Shown here: positions 24,901 to 32,705 of the stretch, piece after piece
How positions within the stretch are numbered: the stretch's first letter is position 1
Layout of the letters: each line of letters opens with the position of its first letter
Origin: Kiritimatiellia bacterium
GTDB taxonomy: Bacteria; Verrucomicrobiota; Kiritimatiellia; CAIQIC01; JAGNIJ01
DNA length: 64,000 nucleotides
Assembly (NCBI GenBank): GCA_018001225.1
Contig: JAGNIJ010000001.1
Span: forward strand, 155,384-219,383
Reading direction: 5' to 3'
Program-made: the position numbers and the translations under genes
Notes under the pieces: model-generated
Seen by the model: only the letters and a program-made list of their open reading frames with translations
The model's database searches: none
What the model was told of the DNA's origin: nothing

Positions 24901-26276
24901 CAGGCGTAGTGCCAGGCGGCGCCCGCGCGGTCCGTGCGCCGGACCAGGTTGCCGCGCCCGTCGTACTCGTTCGTCTCCGAGGTCCCGTCGGGATACACCA
25001 CGCCGGCCAGGTTGTAGAAGGTCTGTGTGACCACCTCGCCGCAAAGCGGATTGGTGAAGACCTGGGCCTGGGCGCTCCAGGCCAGCCGCATGACCTGGCC
25101 GAGGGCGTTCGTGGTCACCTCGAGCTTGCCCGAGGTCTCGCCCCAGGCCATGGCCGAGGTCCGTCCGTAGCGGTCCCGCACGGTGGCCGGCTGGGCATGG
25201 ACGGAGCGCGTGAACTCGGTCCGGTTCGACCACGGGTCGGTGACGGCCAGCAGCCCGCCGTACGCCGAGGCATGCTCGTACATCGTCACGCTCCCGTCCG
25301 GCTGGGTCTGGGTCACCCGGTTGGTATTCTTCGCGTAATCCATTGTCATCGTGTTCCCGTAGGCGTCGGTCCGGCCGGTGAGCCGGACCCACGCCTTGCC
25401 GGCGTTGGTGACCACGGCGAACGCCTGGGTGTAGACCGCGTGGCCCAACGGGCGCTCGACGGCCTTCACCGCGGGGATGCCCATGGCGACCCCGGGGCCA
25501 AAGTAGGCGTAGCGCACCGTGGTCGTCGCGCCCGCGGCGTCCACGATCGACCGCAGGACGGTCAGGCCGCCGCAGTCCGGGGCGTTCGTTTCATAGAGCA
25601 CCCGCGCGGTGCGCCCGGCCTGGTCGGAGACCGATTGCAGCACGTTGTTCGAGTACGCGAAGACCAGTTGCCGCCCCAGGTGATCCACGACCGACGCGGG
25701 CGCGAGGCACTGCGGGAAGTTGGTCGAGAGCGGCGCGACGTCCAGCCGGTTCCCGTTCCGGTCCATGATGCAGGCCGGGCGGCCGAACGGCATGTCCTCC
25801 ATCGGCCCTGTTTTCTGGAAGACCAGCACCAGGCCGCGGTGCGGGTCGGCGAGGTAATACCAGCCCTCGATCCCGGTTCCCGTCTCCGTGAGGGCGTAGC
25901 GGATCCGGGCGTTGTCGCGCAACTGCCAGGGATTATCGCCGGTTTCCGACACGAAGCGGACCTTGTCGCCCGTGTCGAGCGTCACGTCGGCGAAGGTGTT
26001 CGTCGGCGACATGGGCGTTTCCTCGACCATGAAGGAGAACGAATGGCGGAACCCGTGCCGCAGCCCCTGGGCGGGCATCTGGTCGCCCCGGTGGAACAGG
26101 CGGAAGGACATCGGCAAGGGCCCGCCCAGTTGGAAAAGCGGCATGGAAAACCCGTAGATGCCCGAGCCGGCGTCCACCGTCTCGTACACCGCGCCCTGCG
26201 CGCGGCCCGCTCGCGCGTGACACAAAATGACTCCCGCGACCAGGATCAAGACGGACCTGAAGCGCCTCTCCCGCAT
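21969..26276 (-). CDS. RHS/YD-repeat protein with a Sec signal peptide and an unrecognised, Gly-tract-containing C-terminal domain (polymorphic-toxin-like architecture)
   Basis: Signal peptide. More than 30 YD repeats. The RHS core ends ...ARYLDADTGRFLSPEPL...NPYPYAWNAPSDYSDVNGL (the DPxGL-type boundary). It is followed by about 290 aa of charged, helix-prone sequence with GGGGG and GGGGGGG tracts and no known toxin motif. Confidence 0.9.
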   Translation of the reverse strand: MRERRFRSVLILVAGVILCHARAGRAQGAVYETVDAGSGIYGFSMPLFQLGGPLPMSFRLFHRGDQMPAQGLRHGFRHSFSFMVEETPMSPTNTFADVTLDTGDKVRFVSETGDNPWQLRDNARIRYALTETGTGIEGWYYLADPHRGLVLVFQKTGPMEDMPFGRPACIMDRNGNRLDVAPLSTNFPQCLAPASVVDHLGRQLVFAYSNNVLQSVSDQAGRTARVLYETNAPDCGGLTVLRSIVDAAGATTTVRYAYFGPGVAMGIPAVKAVERPLGHAVYTQAFAVVTNAGKAWVRLTGRTDAYGNTMTMDYAKNTNRVTQTQPDGSVTMYEHASAYGGLLAVTDPWSNRTEFTRSVHAQPATVRDRYGRTSAMAWGETSGKLEVTTNALGQVMRLAWSAQAQVFTNPLCGEVVTQTFYNLAGVVYPDGTSETNEYDGRGNLVRRTDRAGAAWHYACNERGQITSVTNPAGGVSTYAYNTQAYTVNWSENGQTLSYTYTTNGTLAWTRDADLGTLRYYYDEAFRPVATTNVDGEGTALAYDADDRITGATNALGQGIAFNYDANGRLARSVDPLGETAAAGYDLMDRVVATTNREGETTRFLYDVMGRVRGVVLPSGGTNTFGYDLAGHLATAADPAGEESQFSFDIEGRPVSRTSSAGLRLALGRDAVGRVTSMTNALGEAESYSLDALGRLVAVTNPAGRATHYAYDAEGRLAAVTESDGGSAAFQHNTLGLVTNLLDRNGRAWTFGYTAMGRLVRKTDPLGRTTTYTHDLYGRLHEMNRSDGVTMTLAYDAAGNLTNSAFSGGLNLSFGYDAAGRPVSGNGIDLIYDAEGRVIRSVCGGGTVTVSYAEGRLVAVGYPGGPTVTYAYDARGLVTNVADSASGAWVRLAYDADGRVAGLQRSNGQDAELTRDGAGRITRIVDGAVLDLRCTYDAAGSVTEMESEAPLSVAESLFSTNRPLVYDDASQIASAGYAHDPNGRLTNSPGGAFEWDAAGRLVRAAGAALSYDGLGALVSRAEGDVTTRYHRAYGLYGAPIVAEQDAATGTSRRYYVWTPGGELLYLVDAADGNKAYFYHGDRAGSTLALTDGAGGIADAYAYTPFGRPLAHQGTNDQPFTFLGRHGVRREGAGGALYQAGARYLDADTGRFLSPEPLWPDLAEPQSLNPYPYAWNAPSDYSDVNGLAPESPFLSDAAAQVMCEQQTAWTYALLDYEARRSPEEFIAKAQGWEQTARDDLKAAIFREEQAARGVLTYTAYRTVWERPTPTAIEKVPVRVPVQYSVKEAIAHHRSQMEHAGEMAKMYRERAKNQERYQRFWEKKRARDIERMLREWRLIEYNGSLGGGGGDLNPLSAVASPAQPLNPTAVLDENTAIQARSQADAVWNLIERIMGGGGGGGDSVRAVDWPAQQDQLSVIATEGGAGSSGDFIQAGDYE

Positions 26277-26382
26277 GCCGCCCTCCCAAGACGCATCATG
26301 AAAACCTGATTCGAGCGTGTCAAGCTATTGGGAAGAAAAAGTAAAAAAGTGGCCCAGCCGTCCCCGCCCGGGAACCCCGGGG

Positions 26383-27372
26383 TCAGGCGCCGAACGGTGC
26401 GACGACCTGGAGGCCGGGGAAGGCGGCGGCGACCGCGGCCTCGTCCCGTCGCTCGAAGAGCAGCTTCAGGTTGGGCCCGGCGTCCATGGTGAAGTACACG
26501 GCCAGACCTTGTTCCCGGAGCGCGGCGATCTTCTTCATGGCGGCCACAGATTCCGGAAGCCAGTAGAGCACCGGCGGCCACGCGGCGATCATCGTCGCGT
26601 GCATCGCCAGCGCGTTGGATTCCGCCGCGCGGCCGAGCCGATGAAAATCCCGATCGCGGATCGCCGCCCGGACCTCCAGCAGGTCCTCGGCCACCTTGGC
26701 CGGCCACGCCGGGTACAGCGGCGACGTCTCCGCCGTGCGCTTCATCCCGGCGCGTGAGCCGATCGCCTTCTCCTCGCCGGAGACCACGACCAGCCCCATC
26801 CGCAGGTCCGGCCAGGTCTCCGCCAGCGGCCGGGCATAGCTGTCCATCCCGTCCTCCGCCTCGCCCGCGTGCCACTCGACGAACCCGTGGAAGACCGACC
26901 GGCACGCGCTGCCGCTGCCCAGCCGCGCCAGGATCGAAAGCGCGCGCGCGTCGAGGTCCCATCCGAACAACTGGTCCAGCGCGCGAACCAGCGCCGCGAA
27001 GCCCGAGGCCGAAGACGCGAAACCCGCCGCCGTGGGGACCGTGTTGCGGGCGTCCAGGCGGAAGCCCATCGCCGCTTCCGGACGAAACAGGTCCATGTAC
27101 GCCGACACGCGGCGCGCGAAAGAGGAATCCGCGGGCAGCGGCTCGCCGTTCAGGATCGCCTCGTCGGCGGCGGCCGGGCGAACGGCCACTTCCGAGCCCA
27201 GCTTCCCGAGCGACACGGAGAGGCTCGAGGTCACGGGCAGGTTAAGCTCCTCGTCGCGCTTGCCCCAGTATTTCACCAGGGCGATGTTCGACGGGGAGAA
27301 CGCACGGCCCTCCGCGCCGGGGGTCACGCCCCGGCCGGCCAGGATTCGCTCCACGATGTCCTTTTTAGTCAA
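26383..27372 (-). CDS. mvaD: diphosphomevalonate decarboxylase (GHMP kinase fold)
   Basis: NIALVKYWGKRDEELNLPVTSSLS and AGFASSASGFAALV match the mevalonate-PP decarboxylase family. The gene overlaps the adjacent mevalonate kinase gene. Confidence 0.75.
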   Translation of the reverse strand: MTKKDIVERILAGRGVTPGAEGRAFSPSNIALVKYWGKRDEELNLPVTSSLSVSLGKLGSEVAVRPAAADEAILNGEPLPADSSFARRVSAYMDLFRPEAAMGFRLDARNTVPTAAGFASSASGFAALVRALDQLFGWDLDARALSILARLGSGSACRSVFHGFVEWHAGEAEDGMDSYARPLAETWPDLRMGLVVVSGEEKAIGSRAGMKRTAETSPLYPAWPAKVAEDLLEVRAAIRDRDFHRLGRAAESNALAMHATMIAAWPPVLYWLPESVAAMKKIAALREQGLAVYFTMDAGPNLKLLFERRDEAAVAAAFPGLQVVAPFGA

Positions 27373-28312
27373 ACGTCACCCCCGCCGGGCTGATGCCGGC
27401 CTCGATCCGTTGCCCGGGCCAGTCCGCGCGGTCGGATCGTCCCAGCCCGACGACGCAATCGCCCAGGCCGGACCCCGAGATCTTCGAGCCCAGGATTCCG
27501 CGTTCCGCGCGTAGCGCGTACACCAGTTCGGCCATGCGCGCGTTGCTGACGCCGAGGGCCTCCAGGAGGCCCTGCTGGATGTTCAGCAGTTCGCCGAGCT
27601 TGCGCGATGCCCCCGCGCGCACGGCTTGGAATCCGGCGGCGCTGGTCTGGTCCATGAGATCGAAGATCGCGCCGAAAAATTCCGGCTGCGCCCGCAGGGC
27701 GCGCTCGACGCGACGGACCACCTCGGGCGTCGGCGTCTTGCTGCCGGAGTAGAGGAGGACCAACGGGAGCGTCCGCGGCAGGCGCTGAACCCGGGCGGGC
27801 GTGGCCCGGTACAGCAGGATACCGCCGAACACACTGGCCACAACGTCGGCCCCGGACCCGAGACCCTGGACCTCCCGGATGATCTCCCGGCCGGCCAGGA
27901 ACAGATCCCACAGCCGGGGCCTGCGCGAGCGCGTCCAGCGTTCCAGCGCGGCGCAGGTGGCCACCGTGACCGCGGCGGAGGATCCCAGTCCGACGTTGTG
28001 GGGAAAATCGGACTCGATGGACAGGTCAAACCCGGTCGGCACGCGGACCTCGTATCGCCGCAGCGCGGCCATGACGAAGCGGAACTGGGCCGGGGTCTTG
28101 AGCCGGCCCAGCGGCATTTCCACCTCGCCCAGTGCGGAGGTCACCCGGACCTGGCCGTCAGCCCGGGGCGTCAGCCGGACCCGGATGCGCCGGTCCACGG
28201 CGGCCACGAGGGCGCGCCGGCCGTGGACCACGGCGTGCTCGCCCATGAGCATCAGGCTGCCCGGCGCCGAGGCCTGGAAGGTTTCGCTCACCGGGAACCG
28301 TTGTAGCAGCAT
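27365..28312 (-). CDS. mvk: mevalonate kinase (GHMP kinase)
   Basis: APGSLMLMGEHAVVHG and the GHMP motif PHNVGLGSSAAVTVA. Confidence 0.75.
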   Translation of the reverse strand: MLLQRFPVSETFQASAPGSLMLMGEHAVVHGRRALVAAVDRRIRVRLTPRADGQVRVTSALGEVEMPLGRLKTPAQFRFVMAALRRYEVRVPTGFDLSIESDFPHNVGLGSSAAVTVATCAALERWTRSRRPRLWDLFLAGREIIREVQGLGSGADVVASVFGGILLYRATPARVQRLPRTLPLVLLYSGSKTPTPEVVRRVERALRAQPEFFGAIFDLMDQTSAAGFQAVRAGASRKLGELLNIQQGLLEALGVSNARMAELVYALRAERGILGSKISGSGLGDCVVGLGRSDRADWPGQRIEAGISPAGVTFD

Positions 28313-28386
28313 CCGGCGCGCCGCGCAATCTGCCGGCTGGTTTTTTCACGCTTCGGCTGTATATTCGTATTTTATAAGGGGACGAT

Positions 28387-29196
28387 ATGAACTGGCTTGC
28401 CAACCTGCATCCCGTGCTCCAGGCGCTGCTCGCGACGCTTTTCACGTGGGGCGTGACGGCGCTGGGCGCGGCCGGCGTATTTTTTTTCAAGACCATCAAC
28501 CGCCGCGTGCTGGACGCCATGCTCGGGTTCGCGGCGGGCGTCATGATTGCCGCCAGTTTCTGGTCGCTGCTGGCCCCCTCGATTGCCCTGGCCGAGGAGA
28601 TGGGCATGGTAAAGTGGTGGCCCCCGCTGGCCGGGTTCCTGGCCGGTGCGCTGTTCCTGTACGGGGTGGACCGCATCCTGCCGCACCTGCACATGAACCT
28701 GTCGCCGGACAAGGCCGAGGGTATTCATACACACTGGCAGCGCAGCATCCTGCTGATCCTGGCCATCACGCTGCACAACATCCCGGAGGGGCTCGCCGTC
28801 GGCGTGGCCTTCGGCGCCGTGGCGTCGGGCATCGAGTCCGCCACCCTGGGCGGGGCGATCGCCCTGGCCGTGGGCATCGGGCTTCAGAATTTCCCCGAGG
28901 GCCTGGCGGTATCCGTGCCCCTGCGCCGCGCCGAGCTCACGCGGTGGAAGGCCTTCTGGTACGGCCAGGCCTCCGGCCTCGTGGAGCCCGTCGCCGGCGT
29001 AATCGGCGCCGCCGCGGTGCTGGTCATGCGCCCTCTCCTTCCCTACGCGCTGGCCTTCGCCGCGGGCGCGATGATCTTCGTCGTGGTCGAGGAACTGATT
29101 CCCGAGTCGCAAAGCTCGGAGAAGACCGACGTCGCCACGCTCGGCGCGATCGCCGGCTTCGCGGTGATGATGCTCCTCGACGTCGCCCTGGGCTAG
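28387..29196 (+). CDS. zupT: ZIP-family metal transporter ZupT
   Basis: Eight TM helices with the conserved [10 protein letters not shown] and [10 protein letters not shown] motifs. Confidence 0.85.
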   Translation: MNWLANLHPVLQALLATLFTWGVTALGAAGVFFFKTINRRVLDAMLGFAAGVMIAASFWSLLAPSIALAEEMGMVKWWPPLAGFLAGALFLYGVDRILPHLHMNLSPDKAEGIHTHWQRSILLILAITLHNIPEGLAVGVAFGAVASGIESATLGGAIALAVGIGLQNFPEGLAVSVPLRRAELTRWKAFWYGQASGLVEPVAGVIGAAAVLVMRPLLPYALAFAAGAMIFVVVEELIPESQSSEKTDVATLGAIAGFAVMMLLDVALG

Positions 29197-29210
29197 CCCG
29201 CCCGCGCCGC

Positions 29211-29624
29211 CTACTCCAGGTCGCGGTCCGCGAGTGCGCCCTCGTCCAGGCCGAGGTAATGGCCCAGCTCGTGCAGGTAGGTCGTGCGCGTTTCCTCGCG
29301 GAAGCTCTCCTCGTCATACTCCGCGTAGTCGGCCAGGTTCTCGATGAAGAGCAGGATCTGCGCGGGCAGGTCGCCGCCCGGCGTGTCCGCCATTGGCAGG
29401 GCCTCGCCGACGAACAGGCCGAGCAGTTCCGGGTCCACGCCGTCGCGCTGCATGGCCCGCGTGGGACGCGGCACGCAGGTGACCGGGATTTCCGCCGCGC
29501 GCTCGCGCAGCGAACGCGGCAGGCGCGCCCGCGTGCGCTCGACCTCCTGCTCGGCGAGGCGGATCCAGCGCTGGAGGGAGGGCATGCTCATTCGTGTTCG
29601 GCTCGCGGGACGCTCGCCCTCCAA
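29211..29624 (-). CDS. zincin-like metallopeptidase-fold protein (DUF1025/Zincin_1-like)
   Basis: C-terminal YLHELGHYLGLDE (HExxH-x-GxxE). The start is probably an internal Met (MSMPSLQRW, about 29591). Confidence 0.5.
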   Translation of the reverse strand: MEGERPASRTRMSMPSLQRWIRLAEQEVERTRARLPRSLRERAAEIPVTCVPRPTRAMQRDGVDPELLGLFVGEALPMADTPGGDLPAQILLFIENLADYAEYDEESFREETRTTYLHELGHYLGLDEGALADRDLE

Positions 29625-29643
29625 TCCATCGGTTTCGACTGCG

Positions 29644-31119
29644 TCATGGAGGGCGAGCCTCCGGCGAGCCGCGCGGAATTCCCGTTTCCCGCTGCTTCCT
29701 CAAGATATCCCAGTACGCCCCGCGCGCGCCGGCGGCGAGGGCGCGGACCAGCGGCTCGTTGTCGTTGTAATTATAGCTTTTCGTCGCCGTATCCTCGTCC
29801 GGAGGCGGCTCGAAGAAACGCGGATCGCCCGCGATGATATCCCGGACCAGCGCCGCCGGGCGGCGGCCCAAGGCATTGGCGATGTAAAACGTCGGCCACA
29901 TCAGGTTCACCGGCCCGTCATACTTCCGACGGATGGCCGGATTCGTTTCCATCGGACCCTCCGCCGCGATCCGGCGGGTCAGCGGCAGGCCGGGATACAT
30001 CCGCACACCGAGGGCCGCCCCGACGCAATCCGGCTTGAGGATGCGCAGGAAATCGATCGCTTGCCGGACGGTCGCGGGCATCTCGCCGGGCCCGCCCAGC
30101 ATGAGGTCCACCATGGTCGTAATCCCGGCCGCGCGGGCGGCCCGCACCGCCGCCGCGAGATCCTCGACGCGGTGCCGGACGCCGTACGCGCGCAGCATGA
30201 TGGGGGTGGCGGCCGGCCCGGTGAAGTTGATGCCGACGCAGCCGGCCTGCCGCATCGCGCGCGCCAGGTCGGCGTCGAACGGCGCCACGGCCAGGTAGGC
30301 GTACCAGCGCAACCGCTCGCCGAGCCCGCGGCGAATCCATTCCTCGCAGACCGCCCGCGCGTGCTCGACGGGCACGTTGAACTCGCCGTCGCACAGGTGC
30401 AATACGTCCACGCCCTGCCGGATCAGCGCCTCGGCCTCGTCGGCCGTGTCCTCGGGCGGCCGGCATCGGGCGCGCGCGCCCTTGGCGATCGGGTCGGCGC
30501 AGAAGTCGCACGCCAGCGGACAGCCGCGCTTGGTCTCGAGGCCGATCTGCCCGCCCAGCCGGAAGTAGGCGGCGTTGTCCACCGTGTCCCGCTCCGCCGG
30601 GACGCGCAGGGGGCCATCGCCGCCCCAGGCGGGCGGATTCAGGCCGTGCGCGGTCACGAGCCCGGGCACGGCGCCCGGGCTTTCGCCCTGCTCCAGCGCC
30701 CGGTACAGCGCCGGCAAGGCGGCCTCCCCGTCGCCGCGGATGCCGCAGTCGGCGCCGGTGAACTCCAGGATCTCCCGCGGAAATATGGAAAACCCCGCGC
30801 CGCCCAGGACCAGGGGGGCTTCTGTCAGCCGGCGCAGCGCACGGACTGTGTCCCGCAGCGGCTCCACGAAGGAGGCGGCGCTGGGCCAGAAGGAATCGTC
30901 CGCGTTGCGCAGGGAGAGACCAACGAGCGCCGGGCGATGCGCGCGGAAAAAAACCTCCAGCGCGGCATCGGGATCGGGCGCGAGGCCAAGATCGAGCAGG
31001 TGTGTCTCGATCCCCGCGGCGCGCGCGGCGCCGGCGACGTAGTCGAGCCCGATCGGCGCGATGGCCGGCCGCATCCGGTTGGTATTGATCAGCGCGAGCA
31101 CGGGATCAGGATAGCGCAA
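29644..31119 (-). CDS. B12-binding domain-containing radical SAM protein
   Basis: N-terminal B12-binding-like domain, then a CxxxCxxC cluster (GCPLACDFCADP) and a radical-SAM core. Confidence 0.8.
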   Translation of the reverse strand: MRYPDPVLALINTNRMRPAIAPIGLDYVAGAARAAGIETHLLDLGLAPDPDAALEVFFRAHRPALVGLSLRNADDSFWPSAASFVEPLRDTVRALRRLTEAPLVLGGAGFSIFPREILEFTGADCGIRGDGEAALPALYRALEQGESPGAVPGLVTAHGLNPPAWGGDGPLRVPAERDTVDNAAYFRLGGQIGLETKRGCPLACDFCADPIAKGARARCRPPEDTADEAEALIRQGVDVLHLCDGEFNVPVEHARAVCEEWIRRGLGERLRWYAYLAVAPFDADLARAMRQAGCVGINFTGPAATPIMLRAYGVRHRVEDLAAAVRAARAAGITTMVDLMLGGPGEMPATVRQAIDFLRILKPDCVGAALGVRMYPGLPLTRRIAAEGPMETNPAIRRKYDGPVNLMWPTFYIANALGRRPAALVRDIIAGDPRFFEPPPDEDTATKSYNYNDNEPLVRALAAGARGAYWDILRKQRETGIPRGSPEARPP

Positions 31120-31180
31120 GCGGGCGCAATCGGAAGCCGTATTCGAGGCCCGGGGGCGGCATGCCGCGCGATCTCCGCGC

Positions 31181-31999
31181 CTAAAATGAATAGCTCGCTG
31201 TCACGCCACCGAAAAAGATGTCCGTGTCGGGATAGACGCCGTTTTCGTCCATGTCGTCGCGCACGTCGCCGTCGAGGATGGAGCTGAACGAGCCCTTGAG
31301 CCCCACGGAGGCCTTCTCGTTCAGCGCGTAACGCAACACGGCGTCCGCCTGCGCGTGCGTCAGCGCCGAACCCGCATCGGACCCGTAGTTGCTTTCAACG
31401 TAGTACTCGCCCGCCACTCCGAGGACCGCCCCCAGGTCGAGCGATATCGCATCCGTCAGCCCGAAGCCGTGGCCGACCGTAAACAGGATGATCCAGTCGT
31501 CCTGGTTGTCCAGTTCGTGGCAGAACTTGGCGGCCGGCGAAAGCGGCACGTTAGAGGCCTTGATTTGGGCAAAGACCTGATAGGATCCATCGGCGGGGCT
31601 TTCGGAGACCGAGGCCACCGTGTCGTCTTCGTTCAATTCGACGACGCTGCTCGCCTGCGGATAGACGTAGTAGATCGTGCCCACGGACAGGCCGAGCGGC
31701 CCTTCCCATGGGGCGGTCCAGTTCAGGCCCAGGTCAAGCTCGCTCCACTCCCCGGCCGTGTTGGGCGCGGTGGAGGCCGGATTGTCCGTCAGGTCCATGT
31801 TGGCCCACAGGCTGAAGCCGAGGCCCAGCGGCCCGGCTACGTCCAGTCCGGGCTGGAAGACGGCTTCGTCGTTATACACCAGGCCGTTATACACGTAGGC
31901 GGAAAGGATATCCGCGTATGTCGAACCGTCCGCGGCCAGCGCGGACACCGGGGCCGCCAGCGCCGCCACCAGCATCATCAGGGCTATCGTTTTTTTCAC
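31181..31999 (-). CDS. putative outer-membrane beta-barrel protein
   Basis: Signal peptide MKKTIALMMLVAALAAPVSALA. Alternating amphipathic beta-strand pattern rich in G/Y/S. C-terminal aromatic residue (…TASYSF). Confidence 0.5.
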   Translation of the reverse strand: MKKTIALMMLVAALAAPVSALAADGSTYADILSAYVYNGLVYNDEAVFQPGLDVAGPLGLGFSLWANMDLTDNPASTAPNTAGEWSELDLGLNWTAPWEGPLGLSVGTIYYVYPQASSVVELNEDDTVASVSESPADGSYQVFAQIKASNVPLSPAAKFCHELDNQDDWIILFTVGHGFGLTDAISLDLGAVLGVAGEYYVESNYGSDAGSALTHAQADAVLRYALNEKASVGLKGSFSSILDGDVRDDMDENGVYPDTDIFFGGVTASYSF

Positions 32000-32166
32000 G
32001 GCTTATTCTCCTTGGACAAGTGGATCATGCCCACCACGAGCCATATCGGTCTTTTCACCGCCGCTTGTCAATGCCGCAACTCATCTTTTCTTCCCGCTCG
32101 AGTCCCCGGCAAGATTCGGCTGTTTGGCTTGAGTTTATCCTCTCCTCGTGCCAGATTCCCATCCCC

Positions 32167-32688
32167 GTGGATTTGCACCAAACCAGTTCGGCGGCAGGGC
32201 CATGCGAGGTCCGGCGGGTCGCCAGCCGCGACGAAGGCGAAGCCGTCTCGGCCTTTTTACTCCAGCCCGGGCTTTTCGGCACCCCCCTTACTCCCGGCGA
32301 ACGCGACGAATTCAGCACCCGGCCTGTCGCCTCCATCGGCCGCCCGGATGATGCCTATTGGTTCGCGCGGGACAACACCAGGACGATCCATGCCGTGATC
32401 GGCGTCCGCATGAACGTCGAACGGACAGGAATCTACGAAGTCAGCGCCCTGGCGATCCATGCCGCCCACCGACGCCAGGGTCTCGGACGCCGGCTGCTGC
32501 AACTGGCCCTGCGCTTCGTGGCCGATTCCGGGGGGCGCGGCTTGCTCTTTGAAACCTCCTCTGATCTTTCCTATGCGCCCATGCACACTCTGCTGGCGGA
32601 CCTGGGGTTCAAACAGGTTGGCTGCTTCCCTGATTTCTACTATCCCGGGGAGGACACGCTCTGGTACTATCGGCCCGTTGGCCGCTGA
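32167..32688 (+). CDS. GNAT-family N-acetyltransferase
   Basis: Acetyl-CoA binding motif HAAHRRQGLGRRLLQLAL (Q/RxxGxG/A). The start is uncertain: a GTG at 32167 or an ATG at 32071 are both possible, and the ORF-track extension to 31918 is unlikely. Confidence 0.55.
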   Translation: MDLHQTSSAAGPCEVRRVASRDEGEAVSAFLLQPGLFGTPLTPGERDEFSTRPVASIGRPDDAYWFARDNTRTIHAVIGVRMNVERTGIYEVSALAIHAAHRRQGLGRRLLQLALRFVADSGGRGLLFETSSDLSYAPMHTLLADLGFKQVGCFPDFYYPGEDTLWYYRPVGR

Positions 32689-32705
32689 CCAACCTTGAAC
32701 AATCC

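Noticed and set aside
26246-26962. 238-aa ORF overlapping the 3' end of the mvaD gene on the same strand.
   Set aside because: It is an alternative frame of the decarboxylase gene with low-complexity Arg/Gly-rich translation.
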